From Accumulibacter sp. (GTDB taxonomy: Bacteria; Pseudomonadota; Gammaproteobacteria; Burkholderiales; Rhodocyclaceae), in the NCBI GenBank assembly GCA_031264825.1, contig JAISDL010000035.1, positions 1-40,059 of the forward strand: a stretch of DNA of 40,059 nucleotides, written 5' to 3'. The notes below the pieces were generated by a model. It saw only the letters and a list, made by a program, of their open reading frames with translations. It made no database searches and was not told where the DNA came from. Position numbers and translations under genes: made by a program. This document shows, piece by piece, positions 27,833-38,383 of the stretch; the stretch's first letter is position 1, and each line of letters starts with the position of its first letter.

Positions 27833-30800
27833 ATGACTGCCCGTCTGCGCGAGATACCTTACAACTACACGTCTTTTGCGGACGGCGAGATCGTCGTCCG
27901 CCTGCTCGGCGAAGAAAATTGGGCGATTCTCAACGAACTTCGAAGTCAGCGCGTCACCGGTTTGTCCGCGCGGATGCTTTTTGAGGTTCTCGGCGACATT
28001 TGGGTGATCCAGCGCAACCCCTACCTCGAAGACGACCTCTTGAACAATCGCAATCGCCGCGAAGCGCTGATCGGCGCGCTGCGGCACCGGCTCCGCGAGA
28101 TCGACAAGCGCCGTCAGGGGAACGCGAAGGTATTCCAGCTTTGCAGCGCCGCGCAGAGCGCCGTCGATGCCTTCGAGCAGCACTTCGACCGGACGCGCGC
28201 GCTGCGCGCGCGCGCGTTGAAGACGCTCTCGCGCCGCACGCGCCGCGACAACATCGCTTTCGACGCGCTGTCGCGCGTCTCTCACGTGACCGACGCGTCG
28301 GACTGGCGGATAGAGTATCCGTTCGTCGTGCTCTTCCCGGATACCGAGGAGGAAGCCGCCGGACTCGTGCGCGCGTGCATCGAACTGGGACTGACGATCG
28401 TCCCGCGCGGCGGCGGGACGGGGTATACGGGCGGCGCCGTTCCCCTGTCGCCGTTCTCGGCGGTCATCAACACGGAAAAACTGATCGACGCGGGGCCGGT
28501 CGAGGAGATTACCTTGCCGGGGAGCGACCGGACGCACGCGACGATCCGCACGGGCGCCGGCGTCGTCACCGAGCGCGTCGCCGAGATCGCCGACGCCGCG
28601 GGTTATGTTTTCGCCGTCGATCCGACGTCCGCGAGCGCGTCGTGCGTCGGCGGCAACGTCGCGATGAACGCCGGCGGGAAGAAGGCCGTCCTGTGGGGTA
28701 CGGCGCTCGATAACCTCGTGTGGTGGAAGATGGTCGACCCTGCCGGACGCATCGTCGAGATCACGCGACTGCGCCATAAACCGGGAAAAATCCACGAAGA
28801 GCGCGTCACGGAATTCGAAATCAAGCGCTTTGCGGCGGACGGGAAGACGCTCGACGGAAAAGTCGAGACGCTCAATATCCCCGGCGGCAGTTTCCGCAAG
28901 GCCGGACTCGGCAAGGACGTGACCGACAAATTCCTTTCGGGTCTGCCGGGGGTGCAGAAAGAGGGGACCGACGGTTTGATCCTTGCCGCGCGCTGGTTGC
29001 TGCACAAGATGCCGCCGCACGTGCGGACGGTCTGCGTGGAGTTTTTCGGTCAGGCGCGCGAGGCCGTCCCAGCGATCGTCGAAATCGCCGATTATTTCAA
29101 GCCCGGCGGCGCGGGCCGCGAAGCCGGCGTCGCGCTCGCGGGGCTCGAACACCTCGACGAGCGTTATATCAAGGCGGTCGGCTACGCGACGAAGGCGAAG
29201 CGCCGTGAGCGTCCGAAGATGGTCCTGCTCGGCGATCTTGTGGGGGACGACGAACAAGCGGTGGCGGAAGCCGCTTTGGAGATCGTCCGCCTTTGCGCGC
29301 GGCGGGGAGCTACGGGCTTTATCGCCTCGGACGCCGACGCGCGGAAGAAGTTCTGGCTGGAGCGCTCGCGGACTGCGGCGATTTCGCGTCATACGAACGC
29401 GTTCAAGCTCAACGAGGACGTCGTGATTCCCCTGCCCCGGATGGGCGAATACTGCGACGGGATCGACCGGATCAACATCGAATTGTCGATCCGCAACAAG
29501 CTCGAACTCTGCGACCGGCTCGACGCCTTTTTTTCGGGGACGCTGCCGATCGACAGCGGCGACGCCGGACTCGACCCGGAAGTTCTGATCGGCGACGCGC
29601 GTTCGGATGCGCGGGAAGCCGTCGCCACTGTCCGCCGACGCTGGTGGTGGATTCTCGACGCGCTCGATATACCGCTCGCGGAGGCGGAGCCGCTCTTCGA
29701 CGAATACGGCGTTCGCGCGGGGGCGCTGACGAACACGGCGGAGAACCCGACGCTCTTCCATCGCTTGCAGGACCGTTCGGTTCGCGTTTCGTGGAAGGAC
29801 GAACTCAAGCGCCCGATCGAGGCGATTTTCAGAGGCGCGATGTTCCAGCCCGTCCTCGACGGTGTCAAGGCTGCCCAGAAGGAAAATCTGCGCGGGCGCA
29901 TCTTCGTCGCGCTCCACATGCACGCCGGCGACGGCAACGTGCACACGAATATTCCGGTCAATTCCGACAATTACCCGATGTTGCAAACGGCTTACGCGAC
30001 CGTCGCGCGCATCATGGCGCTTGCGCGCTCGCTCGGCGGCGTGATTTCGGGCGAACACGGGATCGGCCTCACGAAGCTCGATTTTCTGACCGAAGACGAG
30101 CTTCGCCCCTTCGCCGAATACAAGGCGCGAATCGACCCCGACGGGCATTTCAACAAAGGCAAGCTCCTGCCGGGCGCGAATCTTTCACGCGCCTATACGC
30201 CGTCGTTTTCCTTGCTCGGAACCGAATCGCTGATCATGGAGCAGTCCGAGATCGGCAAGATTTCGGCGATGATCAAGGACTGTCTGCGCTGTGGGAAATG
30301 CAAACCCGTCTGCTCGACGCACGTCCCGCGCGCCAACCTGCTCTACTCGCCGCGCAACAAGGTTCTCGCGGCCTCGCTCCTGATCGAAGCCTTCCTGTAC
30401 GAGGAACAGACGCGGCGCGGCGTTTCGCTCGCGCATTTCGACGAGTTCAACGAAGTCGCCGACCACTGCTCGATCTGTCATAAATGCGTCAAGCCGTGTC
30501 CGGTCAATATCGACTTCGGCGACGTCACGGTTCGCATGCGGAATTTCCTGCGCGAGCAGGGGAAGAAGAAATTCGTCCCGGCCAAGGTCGCGGCGATCGC
30601 CTTTTTGAGCGTGAAGGACGCGACGTATATCCGCGTCATGCGTAAGCTCATGATCGAATGGGGCTACAGGGGCCAGCGCTGGGCGCACCACCTGGCGAAG
30701 TCTTTCAGGCTCATCCAGGGGCAGACGCGCCACCCGCCTTCGACGGCCGAGCGCTCGACTTTCAGTTCGCAGATCATTCATTTCGTCAACCGGCCGTTGC

Positions 30801-31696
30801 CGAGCGTTCCGCGCCATACGTCGCGGGCGCTTCTCGACATCGAGGACGAAAAGATCGTTCCGATCATCCGCGACCCCGAAAAGCTCAACGCGCCCGACCG
30901 CGTCAATGAGGCGGTCTTCTATTTCCCCGGCTGCGGTTCGGAACGCCTGTTCTCGCAGGTCGGGCTTGCGACGCAGGCGATTCTTTACGAGATCGGCGTG
31001 CAGACGGTTCTGCCGCCGGGTTATCTGTGCTGCGGCTACCCGCAGAACGCCGCCGGCGAGTCCGGGCAGGGCCGAAAGATCACGACCGACAACCGCGTGC
31101 TTTTCCACCGGGTGGCGAATACCCTGAACTATCTCGACATCGGAACCGTGATCGTTTCGTGCGGAACGTGCATGGATCAACTGCTCGAATACCGTTTCGA
31201 CAAGATATTTCCGGGATGCCGCCTTTTGGACATTCACGAATACCTGCTCGAAAAAGGCGTCACGCTCGAAAAAAGCCCCTCGGACAAGACGCGCTATATG
31301 TATCATGAGCCTTGCCACGCGCCGATGAAAACGCAACCGGGCTCCAGGGTTGCCGGCGCGCTCCTCGGGCGCGACATCGTTTCGCTCGAACGATGTTGCG
31401 GCGAATCCGGAACGCTCGCGGTGACGCGGCCCGATATTTCCACGCAACTGCGCTACCGCAAGCAACGCGAGATCGAAAAAGGCGTCGACGAATGCCGCGC
31501 CGGAGGATACACGGGCGATATCCGCCTTTTGACCTCGTGCCCGTCGTGCCTGCAAGGGCTGTCGCGCCAGAACGCGCCGGGACTTCGCGCCGACTACCTC
31601 GTCGTCGAAATCGTCCGGCAGCGCCTTGGGAAGAACTGGATGGAGGACTATATCCGTAAAGCCGGTAACGGCGGAATCGAGCGCGTCCTGCTCTGA
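27833..31696 (+). CDS. Large FAD-linked oxidoreductase with 4Fe-4S and CCG domains (DUF3683/DUF3400, GlcD-GlcF-like fusion)
   Basis: N-terminus [12 protein letters not shown]; motifs [73 protein letters not shown]. Confidence 0.9.
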   Translation: MTARLREIPYNYTSFADGEIVVRLLGEENWAILNELRSQRVTGLSARMLFEVLGDIWVIQRNPYLEDDLLNNRNRREALIGALRHRLREIDKRRQGNAKVFQLCSAAQSAVDAFEQHFDRTRALRARALKTLSRRTRRDNIAFDALSRVSHVTDASDWRIEYPFVVLFPDTEEEAAGLVRACIELGLTIVPRGGGTGYTGGAVPLSPFSAVINTEKLIDAGPVEEITLPGSDRTHATIRTGAGVVTERVAEIADAAGYVFAVDPTSASASCVGGNVAMNAGGKKAVLWGTALDNLVWWKMVDPAGRIVEITRLRHKPGKIHEERVTEFEIKRFAADGKTLDGKVETLNIPGGSFRKAGLGKDVTDKFLSGLPGVQKEGTDGLILAARWLLHKMPPHVRTVCVEFFGQAREAVPAIVEIADYFKPGGAGREAGVALAGLEHLDERYIKAVGYATKAKRRERPKMVLLGDLVGDDEQAVAEAALEIVRLCARRGATGFIASDADARKKFWLERSRTAAISRHTNAFKLNEDVVIPLPRMGEYCDGIDRINIELSIRNKLELCDRLDAFFSGTLPIDSGDAGLDPEVLIGDARSDAREAVATVRRRWWWILDALDIPLAEAEPLFDEYGVRAGALTNTAENPTLFHRLQDRSVRVSWKDELKRPIEAIFRGAMFQPVLDGVKAAQKENLRGRIFVALHMHAGDGNVHTNIPVNSDNYPMLQTAYATVARIMALARSLGGVISGEHGIGLTKLDFLTEDELRPFAEYKARIDPDGHFNKGKLLPGANLSRAYTPSFSLLGTESLIMEQSEIGKISAMIKDCLRCGKCKPVCSTHVPRANLLYSPRNKVLAASLLIEAFLYEEQTRRGVSLAHFDEFNEVADHCSICHKCVKPCPVNIDFGDVTVRMRNFLREQGKKKFVPAKVAAIAFLSVKDATYIRVMRKLMIEWGYRGQRWAHHLAKSFRLIQGQTRHPPSTAERSTFSSQIIHFVNRPLPSVPRHTSRALLDIEDEKIVPIIRDPEKLNAPDRVNEAVFYFPGCGSERLFSQVGLATQAILYEIGVQTVLPPGYLCCGYPQNAAGESGQGRKITTDNRVLFHRVANTLNYLDIGTVIVSCGTCMDQLLEYRFDKIFPGCRLLDIHEYLLEKGVTLEKSPSDKTRYMYHEPCHAPMKTQPGSRVAGALLGRDIVSLERCCGESGTLAVTRPDISTQLRYRKQREIEKGVDECRAGGYTGDIRLLTSCPSCLQGLSRQNAPGLRADYLVVEIVRQRLGKNWMEDYIRKAGNGGIERVLL

Positions 31697-31937
31697 CCCG
31701 GATACGCGGTCGAGCATCGGGAAAACGGCTTTTTGGAGACATTTCTCACAAGGGAGAGACACTTGCTGGAAACCGCTTTCTTTTTAGCGTGATAATCTCG
31801 AAAATAAGGGGGTAACGCCCCTTCCGCGCCGCGCCGCCCGTTTTATTTCGGGCCGACGATGTGGCACGACCGCGCGGAGTTCTCATGTCGAACCGATCTT
31901 GCATCGGTTCCGACGTTTAACGAGGCCTATACACGCA

Positions 31938-33563
31938 ATGAACACGACCGACAACCCCGCTCCCGCCGACGCTTTATACATTTCCGACCTGCGCGAAGGC
32001 GAGTACGTGCTTGAGCGCGTGCCGCTCGACGACCCGCGTCGCGCCGAAGTCGAACTCTCGCGCTTTCTGGACGCGCTGTTGAACCCCGTCCTCGACAGCA
32101 GAACGATCTATGCGCTGCTCGAACTGGCCGCCGAGGATGTCGCTTTCGTCGCCAAAGAGTTGGCGAAAGAGTATCTCGACCAGCCTCTGCCGCTCGACGA
32201 ATCGCAGGAGAATACCTTCGTGCGCGTGATCGCGCTTTGGGAGAAAATGGCGCGCCTCTACGATTATTGCATCAGCCCCGCCGAGCGCCAGGATTTTCGG
32301 AACAACGTGCAGCGTCACGCCGAGGTGCTGTACCGCTGCATACATTACTTCTGCATTTCTGTGCTCGAATACCAGCGCGCGCGCCAGGAGTATGCGCCCG
32401 GTCTGCTCGTCAAACTGCACTCGTATTACGCGAGGGCCGAGAGGGCGGGAATCGACTCCCTCGTGATCGTCGATCCCTTCGAAGCGGAAAAAGAGACGAA
32501 CTGCGCGGCGGAATATCTCACGGCGTTTTTGTGCGACGCGGCGGACCGCCATCGCCTGACGACGATCGACCAATCGCTCGTCTACCGCTGGGCTTCACTC
32601 TGGGCGCCGCTCGTGACCCTGCACAGGATAGACGCGAAGGACGCCTTGCCGCCCTTGGTCCTCGACCTGTCGCAGGATAGGCCGTTGTTCTTTTCAGCGA
32701 ACCTCGCGTGGAACGAGAATCTGCGCCGAATGGCTACCGACCGATTGCTTCTCCGCATCCAGCGGATCGAACAACGCTTGAAGCAGCAGATTCCGCCCTC
32801 GAAACTCGGCCTGGGGATCAACTGCACGGCGGGGCAGTGTCTTTCGCTGCTCAAGCATTTGTCCGCGCCTTGGTCTCAGACGAAGGCGAGCCGGAAATTC
32901 CGGCGCCTTCCCGCGTCGTCGCGTCCGACCGCGCGTTTGTGCACGGGCTTTGAGGAAATCTTCTTTTTCGTTTCGGGAAAACCCTTCAAGCAGAGGGCGG
33001 AAGAGCGCAATTATTCGCGCGACAACTTCGAAATGCAGTTCATCTTTCGCCAGGAATCGGCGCTGTCGAATTATCACGTGCAGATCGGCAACGAGGCGCA
33101 GAAATTCACCCCGGACGACTGGGGTGTGGCGGATCAATCGCTCAACGGTTTACGGCTCGTGTGCGACAAGCCGGCGAACAGGATCGCGCCGGGTCAGTTG
33201 CTGGCCGTCACGCTCCCCGGCGAGACGGCGTTCATGCTCGGCAGGATGGTTTGGGTCGTGCAAAACGCGGCGCGCGGTCTGATGGCCGGCGTCAGGACCT
33301 TCCTGGGCGCCCACGTCGCCGTCACCGTGCGCTTCGTCGAAAAGAGTTTCGACCAGACCGAAGCCTGGTATCCGGGCTTTCTGCTCGAAGCGCTTCCCAC
33401 GCTCGGCGAAGTGGAAGCGCTGATTCTGCCGTCGCGCTTTTATCGCCCCGACGTGCGCGTCGAGCTGACCGGAGGGAACGGCGTCGTCCGGCACGTCGTT
33501 CTGAGGCAGGTCATTGAAAGCGGATACGATTTCGACCGCGTCGGTTTTGCCGTCGTCGAATGA
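31938..33563 (+). CDS. Hypothetical protein with helical N-terminus and PilZ-like C-terminus (FimW-like putative c-di-GMP receptor)
   Basis: RKFRR (RxxxR) followed by WGVADQSLNGLRL (DxSxxG) and a beta-rich C-terminal half. Confidence 0.6.
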   Translation: MNTTDNPAPADALYISDLREGEYVLERVPLDDPRRAEVELSRFLDALLNPVLDSRTIYALLELAAEDVAFVAKELAKEYLDQPLPLDESQENTFVRVIALWEKMARLYDYCISPAERQDFRNNVQRHAEVLYRCIHYFCISVLEYQRARQEYAPGLLVKLHSYYARAERAGIDSLVIVDPFEAEKETNCAAEYLTAFLCDAADRHRLTTIDQSLVYRWASLWAPLVTLHRIDAKDALPPLVLDLSQDRPLFFSANLAWNENLRRMATDRLLLRIQRIEQRLKQQIPPSKLGLGINCTAGQCLSLLKHLSAPWSQTKASRKFRRLPASSRPTARLCTGFEEIFFFVSGKPFKQRAEERNYSRDNFEMQFIFRQESALSNYHVQIGNEAQKFTPDDWGVADQSLNGLRLVCDKPANRIAPGQLLAVTLPGETAFMLGRMVWVVQNAARGLMAGVRTFLGAHVAVTVRFVEKSFDQTEAWYPGFLLEALPTLGEVEALILPSRFYRPDVRVELTGGNGVVRHVVLRQVIESGYDFDRVGFAVVE

Positions 33564-33620
33564 TCGCCCGAAAATTTTTCGCGCCGGGTATCGGCGGTTC
33601 GGGACGTTGAAATAACCGTC

Positions 33621-34043
33621 ATGACCGGGCTTTCATCCGGGACGCCGATTCCGCTGGAGATACGGCGGCATGACAAGTCGCGTACCCTCGAATTCGTCTA
33701 CGACGACGCGTCATACGAATTGAGCGACGAATTCCTTCGCGTGTTTACGCCGTCCGCCGAGGCGCGCGGGCACGCGCCGGGTCAGGAAGTCCTCCAGACG
33801 GGTAAACGCGACGTAAAAATCGAGAGCATCGAACCCGTCGGAAATTACGCGATCCGTCCTCTCTTTTCGGACGGACACCGGAGCGGTATTTATTCCTGGG
33901 ACATCGTGCATTTCCTCTGCGTCAACGCCGACGCGCTCTGGCGGACCTATCTGGCGCGTCTGGCGTCGCAAGGCGCGACCCGCGACCCGGAGGCCGGCGC
34001 GGCGCCCCTGAAGAAGTCCTGCGGCCGCTGCGGTGGGCATTGA
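33621..34043 (+). CDS. DUF971 / GBBH-like N-terminal domain protein
   Basis: Motifs EFLRVFTPSAEARGH, EPVGNYAI, FSDGHRSGIYSW; upstream of ubiE. Confidence 0.9.
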   Translation: MTGLSSGTPIPLEIRRHDKSRTLEFVYDDASYELSDEFLRVFTPSAEARGHAPGQEVLQTGKRDVKIESIEPVGNYAIRPLFSDGHRSGIYSWDIVHFLCVNADALWRTYLARLASQGATRDPEAGAAPLKKSCGRCGGH

Positions 34044-34052
34044 GGTCGCGCC

Positions 34053-34787
34053 GTGTCCGAAAAAACGCATTTTGGATTCGAGACGATCGACGTGGAAGAC
34101 AAGGCGCCTCGGGTCGCGCGCGTTTTTGACTCGGTCGCGCCGTGTTACGACGTGATGAACGACCTGATGTCGGCGGGTCTGCATCGGCTCTGGAAGGCTT
34201 TTACCGTCGTGAAGAGCGGCGTTTGCGAAGGCGCGCGCGTTCTCGACGTGGCGGGCGGGACGGGCGACCTCGCGCTCGCGTTCGCGCGCAGGGTGGGAAA
34301 AACCGGCGAAGTCTGGCTGACGGACGTAAACGACGCGATGCTCGCGCGCGGGCGCGACCGGATCTGCGACGAGGGCTTCATCGTCCCGGTGGCGCGTTGC
34401 GACGCGGAAAAGCTCCCCTTCCCCGAAAACCGCTTCGACTGCGTCAGCATCGCCTTCGGCTTGCGCAACATGACGCGCAAGGACGCGGCGCTCGCCGAAG
34501 CGCGCCGGGTGCTGCGTCCCGGAGGGCGCCTCCTCGTCCTCGAGTTTTCGAGGGTGCGCGAAGCGCTTTCCCCGGCGTACGATTTTTATTCTTTCAACGT
34601 GATACCGAAGCTCGGCGAATGGATCGCCGGCGACGCGGCGAGCTATCGCTACCTCGCCGAATCGATACGCCGACACCCGGATCAGGAAACGCTCAAAAAA
34701 ATGATCGAAGACGCGGGCTTCGAGAGGGTCGATTACCACAATCTTTGCTTCGGCGTCGCCGCGCTGCATTGCGCGATCAAGTTCTGA
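34053..34787 (+). CDS. ubiE: Ubiquinone/menaquinone C-methyltransferase
   Basis: Motifs [47 protein letters not shown]. Confidence 0.97.
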   Translation: MSEKTHFGFETIDVEDKAPRVARVFDSVAPCYDVMNDLMSAGLHRLWKAFTVVKSGVCEGARVLDVAGGTGDLALAFARRVGKTGEVWLTDVNDAMLARGRDRICDEGFIVPVARCDAEKLPFPENRFDCVSIAFGLRNMTRKDAALAEARRVLRPGGRLLVLEFSRVREALSPAYDFYSFNVIPKLGEWIAGDAASYRYLAESIRRHPDQETLKKMIEDAGFERVDYHNLCFGVAALHCAIKF

Positions 34788-34800
34788 AAATCGCCTGTGC

Positions 34801-34837
34801 CTCCCCATAATGGTGCGCGATGCACGTCCATAGCGCA
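34801..34837. promoter_or_regulatory. Tandem NtrC-like enhancer sites
   Basis: CTCCCCATAATGGTGCG (34801-17) and TGCACGTCCATAGCGCA (34821-37) resemble TGCAC-N7-GTGCA and are 20 bp apart. Confidence 0.65.
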
Positions 34838-34998
34838 CGCGCCGCGGGAAAGTCCGGTCGGATACCGTCAGGTCGGGAAGCGCCGTGAGAAAGAGAAGCG
34901 TACAAAGGCTGGATAGCGCGTGTTTTATGGTAAAGTTCCCCGTCTACGGGTGCATATACTTATAAAAACGCCGGTCCCGACCGATTTGAAATCGGCTA

Positions 34999-35014
34999 CG
35001 GCATAAAAATTGCT
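34999..35014 (+). promoter_or_regulatory. Sigma54 (-24/-12) promoter of the ABC operon
   Basis: CGGCATAAAAATTGCT has GG at 35000-01 and GC at 35012-13, the canonical spacing. AAGGAGG RBS downstream. Confidence 0.75.
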
Positions 35015-35056
35015 ACTGTCGATTGTCGTTCACACCATGAAAAAAGGAGGTTTCAA

Positions 35057-36235
35057 ATGCTGAAATATCTATCCCGTTGGTCGGGTCTGGGAAGCGCGCT
35101 CTGCGTCGCTCTTGCTTTCGGAGCCACTCCGGCCGTGGCAAAGGATGTCGTCAAGGTGGGGTATATCGGCCCTCTGACCGGCGGGAACAGCGCCGTCGGG
35201 CTGGGCGCGAGGAACTCGGCCGACTTGGCGGTCCGCTTGCAGAACGCCGACCCGAAGTCGAAATACCAGTACGAACTCGTTGCGCTCGACGACGAGTGCA
35301 AGGCCAATATCGGCGTACAGGTTGCGACGAAGATGGCGTCCGACGCCAAGATCATCGGCGCGGCGACGCACTACTGCTCCGCGGTGGCGCTCGGCACGGT
35401 CGACATCTACCACCGTTTCAAGATGCCGGTCATCGTCTGGGGCGCGGTCGAGCCGAAGATCACTTACGGCAACAACTATCCCGAAATTTTCCGCACGATC
35501 GGTACGCAGGAGTATCAGAACAAGGTCGCGTCGACCTTCATGCGCTCGCTCGGCTACAAGAAGTTCGCGGTCATCCACGACACGACCGACTACGGCAAGG
35601 CGCACAAGGATTTCTTCGTCAAATTCCTGACCGAGCAGGGCGGCGAAGTGCTCGGCATTTTCGGCGTGACGTCCGAACAGCAGGATTTCACGACCGAACT
35701 GACGAAGATCAAGGCGCTGAACGCCGAAGTTCTTTATTTCGGCGGACTGACGCCGCTGGGCGTCCGCATCCGTTCGCAAATGGACAAACTCGACTTGAAG
35801 CTTCAGTTCGAAGGCACGTCGGGGATCAAGTCGGACGCCTACATTTCCGGCGTCGGCGCCAAACTCGCCGAAGGCACCTTGAGCTTCCTCGACGGCGCGC
35901 CGGTCGAAAAACTCGCGGGCGGCAAGGCGTTTACCGAAGCCTACGCCAAGCAGGGCTACGCACAGCCGGCCGAAGCGCTCGGAATCTTCGCGTTTGCGAG
36001 CATGAAGCAGATCATCGACACGATCGAAAAGGTCGGCCCCAACCGCAAGGCGCTCGTCACCGCGCTGAGCCAGATCAAGGAAGACGACACGCTGATCGGC
36101 AAGATCACCTACGATGAACACGGTCAGAACGCCATCCCGCTCATGACGAAATACGTCGTGCAGGACGGCCAATGGACGATTTGGGAAGACAGCGAGTACG
36201 CGTCCGGAAAACGCTCGCTCGTGAAAGTCAAGTAA
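35057..36235 (+). CDS. livK: LIV-family ABC transporter substrate-binding protein
   Basis: Signal peptide; motifs VGYIGPLTGGNS, LDDECK, HYCSAVA, HDTTDYG, QDFTTELTKIK. Confidence 0.88.
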   Translation: MLKYLSRWSGLGSALCVALAFGATPAVAKDVVKVGYIGPLTGGNSAVGLGARNSADLAVRLQNADPKSKYQYELVALDDECKANIGVQVATKMASDAKIIGAATHYCSAVALGTVDIYHRFKMPVIVWGAVEPKITYGNNYPEIFRTIGTQEYQNKVASTFMRSLGYKKFAVIHDTTDYGKAHKDFFVKFLTEQGGEVLGIFGVTSEQQDFTTELTKIKALNAEVLYFGGLTPLGVRIRSQMDKLDLKLQFEGTSGIKSDAYISGVGAKLAEGTLSFLDGAPVEKLAGGKAFTEAYAKQGYAQPAEALGIFAFASMKQIIDTIEKVGPNRKALVTALSQIKEDDTLIGKITYDEHGQNAIPLMTKYVVQDGQWTIWEDSEYASGKRSLVKVK

Positions 36236-36246
36236 GGATACACAGT

Positions 36247-36270
36247 TCCCCCGGCCGTCGGGTCGGGGGA
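36247..36270 (+). other. Intercistronic stem-loop after the binding-protein gene
   Basis: TCCCCCGGCC-GTCG-GGTCGGGGGA, typical of an mRNA-stabilising hairpin. Confidence 0.55.
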
Positions 36271-36308
36271 TGCACATTTTGGTTTTCAACGAAGAAAGGT
36301 TCGGGAGC

Positions 36309-37232
36309 ATGGACTTCTCCCTTCTCCTGCAGTTTTTTATCAACGGGTGCATGCTGGGCATGATGTACGCCCTCGTCGCCGTCGGATTCACGCTCTTTTT
36401 CGGTGTCCTCGACGTCATCGTCTTCTCGCACGGCGACTCGGTGATGGTCGGCGCCTTCGCCGGCCTGACCTCTTACCTGTTCTGCATGTACATCAGCCCG
36501 GGGATGCCGGTCTGGCTCGTCACCTTCTTCGTTTTTCTCGCGGGTATGGCGTTCGTCGCGGGTTTCGGGATGCTCGTCTCGCGCTTCATCATCATGCCGC
36601 TCCGTTCCGCGCCGGCGCTGAACACGCTGCTTGCGACGATGATGCTCGGGACGGTCATGCGCGAAGCCGTTCGGCTTTTTTTCCCCGACGGATCGAACCC
36701 CAAGCCCTTCCCCCGGCTTCTGCCGGACTGGAGCTGGAAATTCGGCGACGTGCTCCTGCGTTTCGATAACCTCGCGCTCTTCGTCGCGGGTGTTCTGCTC
36801 ATCGTCGGCGTCGCTTTTCTGATCAATCACTCGCGCCTCGGCATGGCGATACGCGCCGTCGCGCAGGACGCCGAAGCGGCGCAGATCATGGGCGTCAACT
36901 TCCCGCTCATCGTTCTTTTGACCTTTGCGATCGGGTCGGCGGTCGCGGCTTTCGCCGGCCTGATGAACGGCCTGTATTACAACGAGATCAACTTCAACCT
37001 GGGCCTCCTCTTGGGCGCGATCGGCTTCAGTTCAGCCGTCATCGGCGGCCTCGGCAATATCTACGGCGCGATTCTCGGTGGTTTCGTCTTCGCCTTCCTG
37101 CAAGTGATCGGGACCGTCGCGACACCGTTTTCGAGCGCGTACAAGGATGTTTTCGCCTTCGGCGTCGTCATCGTCCTGATGGCGATTTTCCCGACCGGGA
37201 TTCTTTCCGAGCGTCAAAGCCAAAGGGTGTAA
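36309..37232 (+). CDS. livH: LIV-family ABC permease
   Basis: Motifs YALVAVGFTLFFGVL, FSHGD, GMAIRAVAQD, VIGGLGNIYGA. Confidence 0.9.
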   Translation: MDFSLLLQFFINGCMLGMMYALVAVGFTLFFGVLDVIVFSHGDSVMVGAFAGLTSYLFCMYISPGMPVWLVTFFVFLAGMAFVAGFGMLVSRFIIMPLRSAPALNTLLATMMLGTVMREAVRLFFPDGSNPKPFPRLLPDWSWKFGDVLLRFDNLALFVAGVLLIVGVAFLINHSRLGMAIRAVAQDAEAAQIMGVNFPLIVLLTFAIGSAVAAFAGLMNGLYYNEINFNLGLLLGAIGFSSAVIGGLGNIYGAILGGFVFAFLQVIGTVATPFSSAYKDVFAFGVVIVLMAIFPTGILSERQSQRV

Positions 37233-37234
37233 GC

Positions 37235-38383
37235 ATGCGAAGCTCGAAGGATTTCTTTTGTTGCGCGGGTCTTGCGTTTGCCCTGTTCGCCTACCTGGCC
37301 CTCCTCCTCGGCGCCGAAGAGGAGTGGTCGATCGCGGCTTACGTGCTGCTCGGTGTCGTCGTCGTCGTCGTGCTCGTCGCGCTCGACGTCTTCTCCACGA
37401 TCGAACGGCTCGTCCAGTCCAACGAGCGCACCTGCCAGGTCTTGATGGTCCTCGGAACCTTGGGGATCATCGCCGTTTTCCGCACCGACCACTACACGCT
37501 CTTCCTGCTCGGGACGATTTTCATCTACAGCGTCGCGGTTCTCGGAATCAACGTACAGCTCGGCTACGCCGGCGTGATCAATTTCAGCGGCGCTTCCTTT
37601 TTCGGGATCGGCGGCTATACGGCCGCGGTTTTTCTCCAGCACACGCCGACGCCTCCCCTCGTGACCCTGCTTCTCGGCGGGATATTCTCCGCGGTGGTCG
37701 GGAGCGTCCTTCTCTTCCCCGTCCTGCGGACTTCGGGGCACTATTCGGCGCTCGTCACGATGGCGTTCGCCCTGCTTCTGAAAGTCTTTCTCGAAGTTTC
37801 CGAATGGCTCGGCGGCCCGCAGGGGCTCGCGCTGCCGCCGTTCAAATTCCTCGGAATCAATTTCGCCGAGGACCTCGTTCTTTTTGGGAACGAGTACTCG
37901 TTCTACGTCAAATACGACCTCGCGTGCCTCCTCCTGCTCGTCATGACCTTCATGTTCGTGCAAAGGATCGAGCGCTCGTGGATGGGGCTCGCGATGGACG
38001 CCGTCCGGATCGACGAGACGGCCGCCGCGTGCTTCGGCATCAGCATCAAGCGCTGGAAAATCACGGCCTTCACGATAGGCAACTTCGTCATCGGCGTCGC
38101 CGGCGCGCTCTACTCGATGATGCTCTCGTACATCAACCCGTCGAACTTCACTTTTTCGGACTCGCTGCTCTTCCTGTCTATCCTGCTCCTGGGGGGCATC
38201 GGGAGCATCTGGGGCGTGATCGCCGCGACGGCTTTCATGGTCGTCATCCCGGAAAAATTCCAGGTCATCCAGGAATACCGCTACCTCATCTATTCGGCGA
38301 TGGTGCTGGCGATGATCGTTTTCCGCCCGTCGGGTCTGCTTCCGCGCAAACCGAGGACGTATATCGCGGGAGGGCTTCTGTGA
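37235..38383 (+). CDS. livM: LIV-family ABC permease
   Basis: Motifs GINVQLGYAG, LRTSGHYSALVT, GGPQG, AVRIDETAA, LLGGIGS, RPSGL. Confidence 0.9.
   Translation: MRSSKDFFCCAGLAFALFAYLALLLGAEEEWSIAAYVLLGVVVVVVLVALDVFSTIERLVQSNERTCQVLMVLGTLGIIAVFRTDHYTLFLLGTIFIYSVAVLGINVQLGYAGVINFSGASFFGIGGYTAAVFLQHTPTPPLVTLLLGGIFSAVVGSVLLFPVLRTSGHYSALVTMAFALLLKVFLEVSEWLGGPQGLALPPFKFLGINFAEDLVLFGNEYSFYVKYDLACLLLLVMTFMFVQRIERSWMGLAMDAVRIDETAAACFGISIKRWKITAFTIGNFVIGVAGALYSMMLSYINPSNFTFSDSLLFLSILLLGGIGSIWGVIAATAFMVVIPEKFQVIQEYRYLIYSAMVLAMIVFRPSGLLPRKPRTYIAGGLL

Noticed and set aside
26948-30148. 1066-aa minus-strand ORF
   Set aside because: Only the last 191 codons encode the GDT1 protein. The rest runs through the riboswitch and is antisense to the oxidoreductase, a high-GC shadow ORF.
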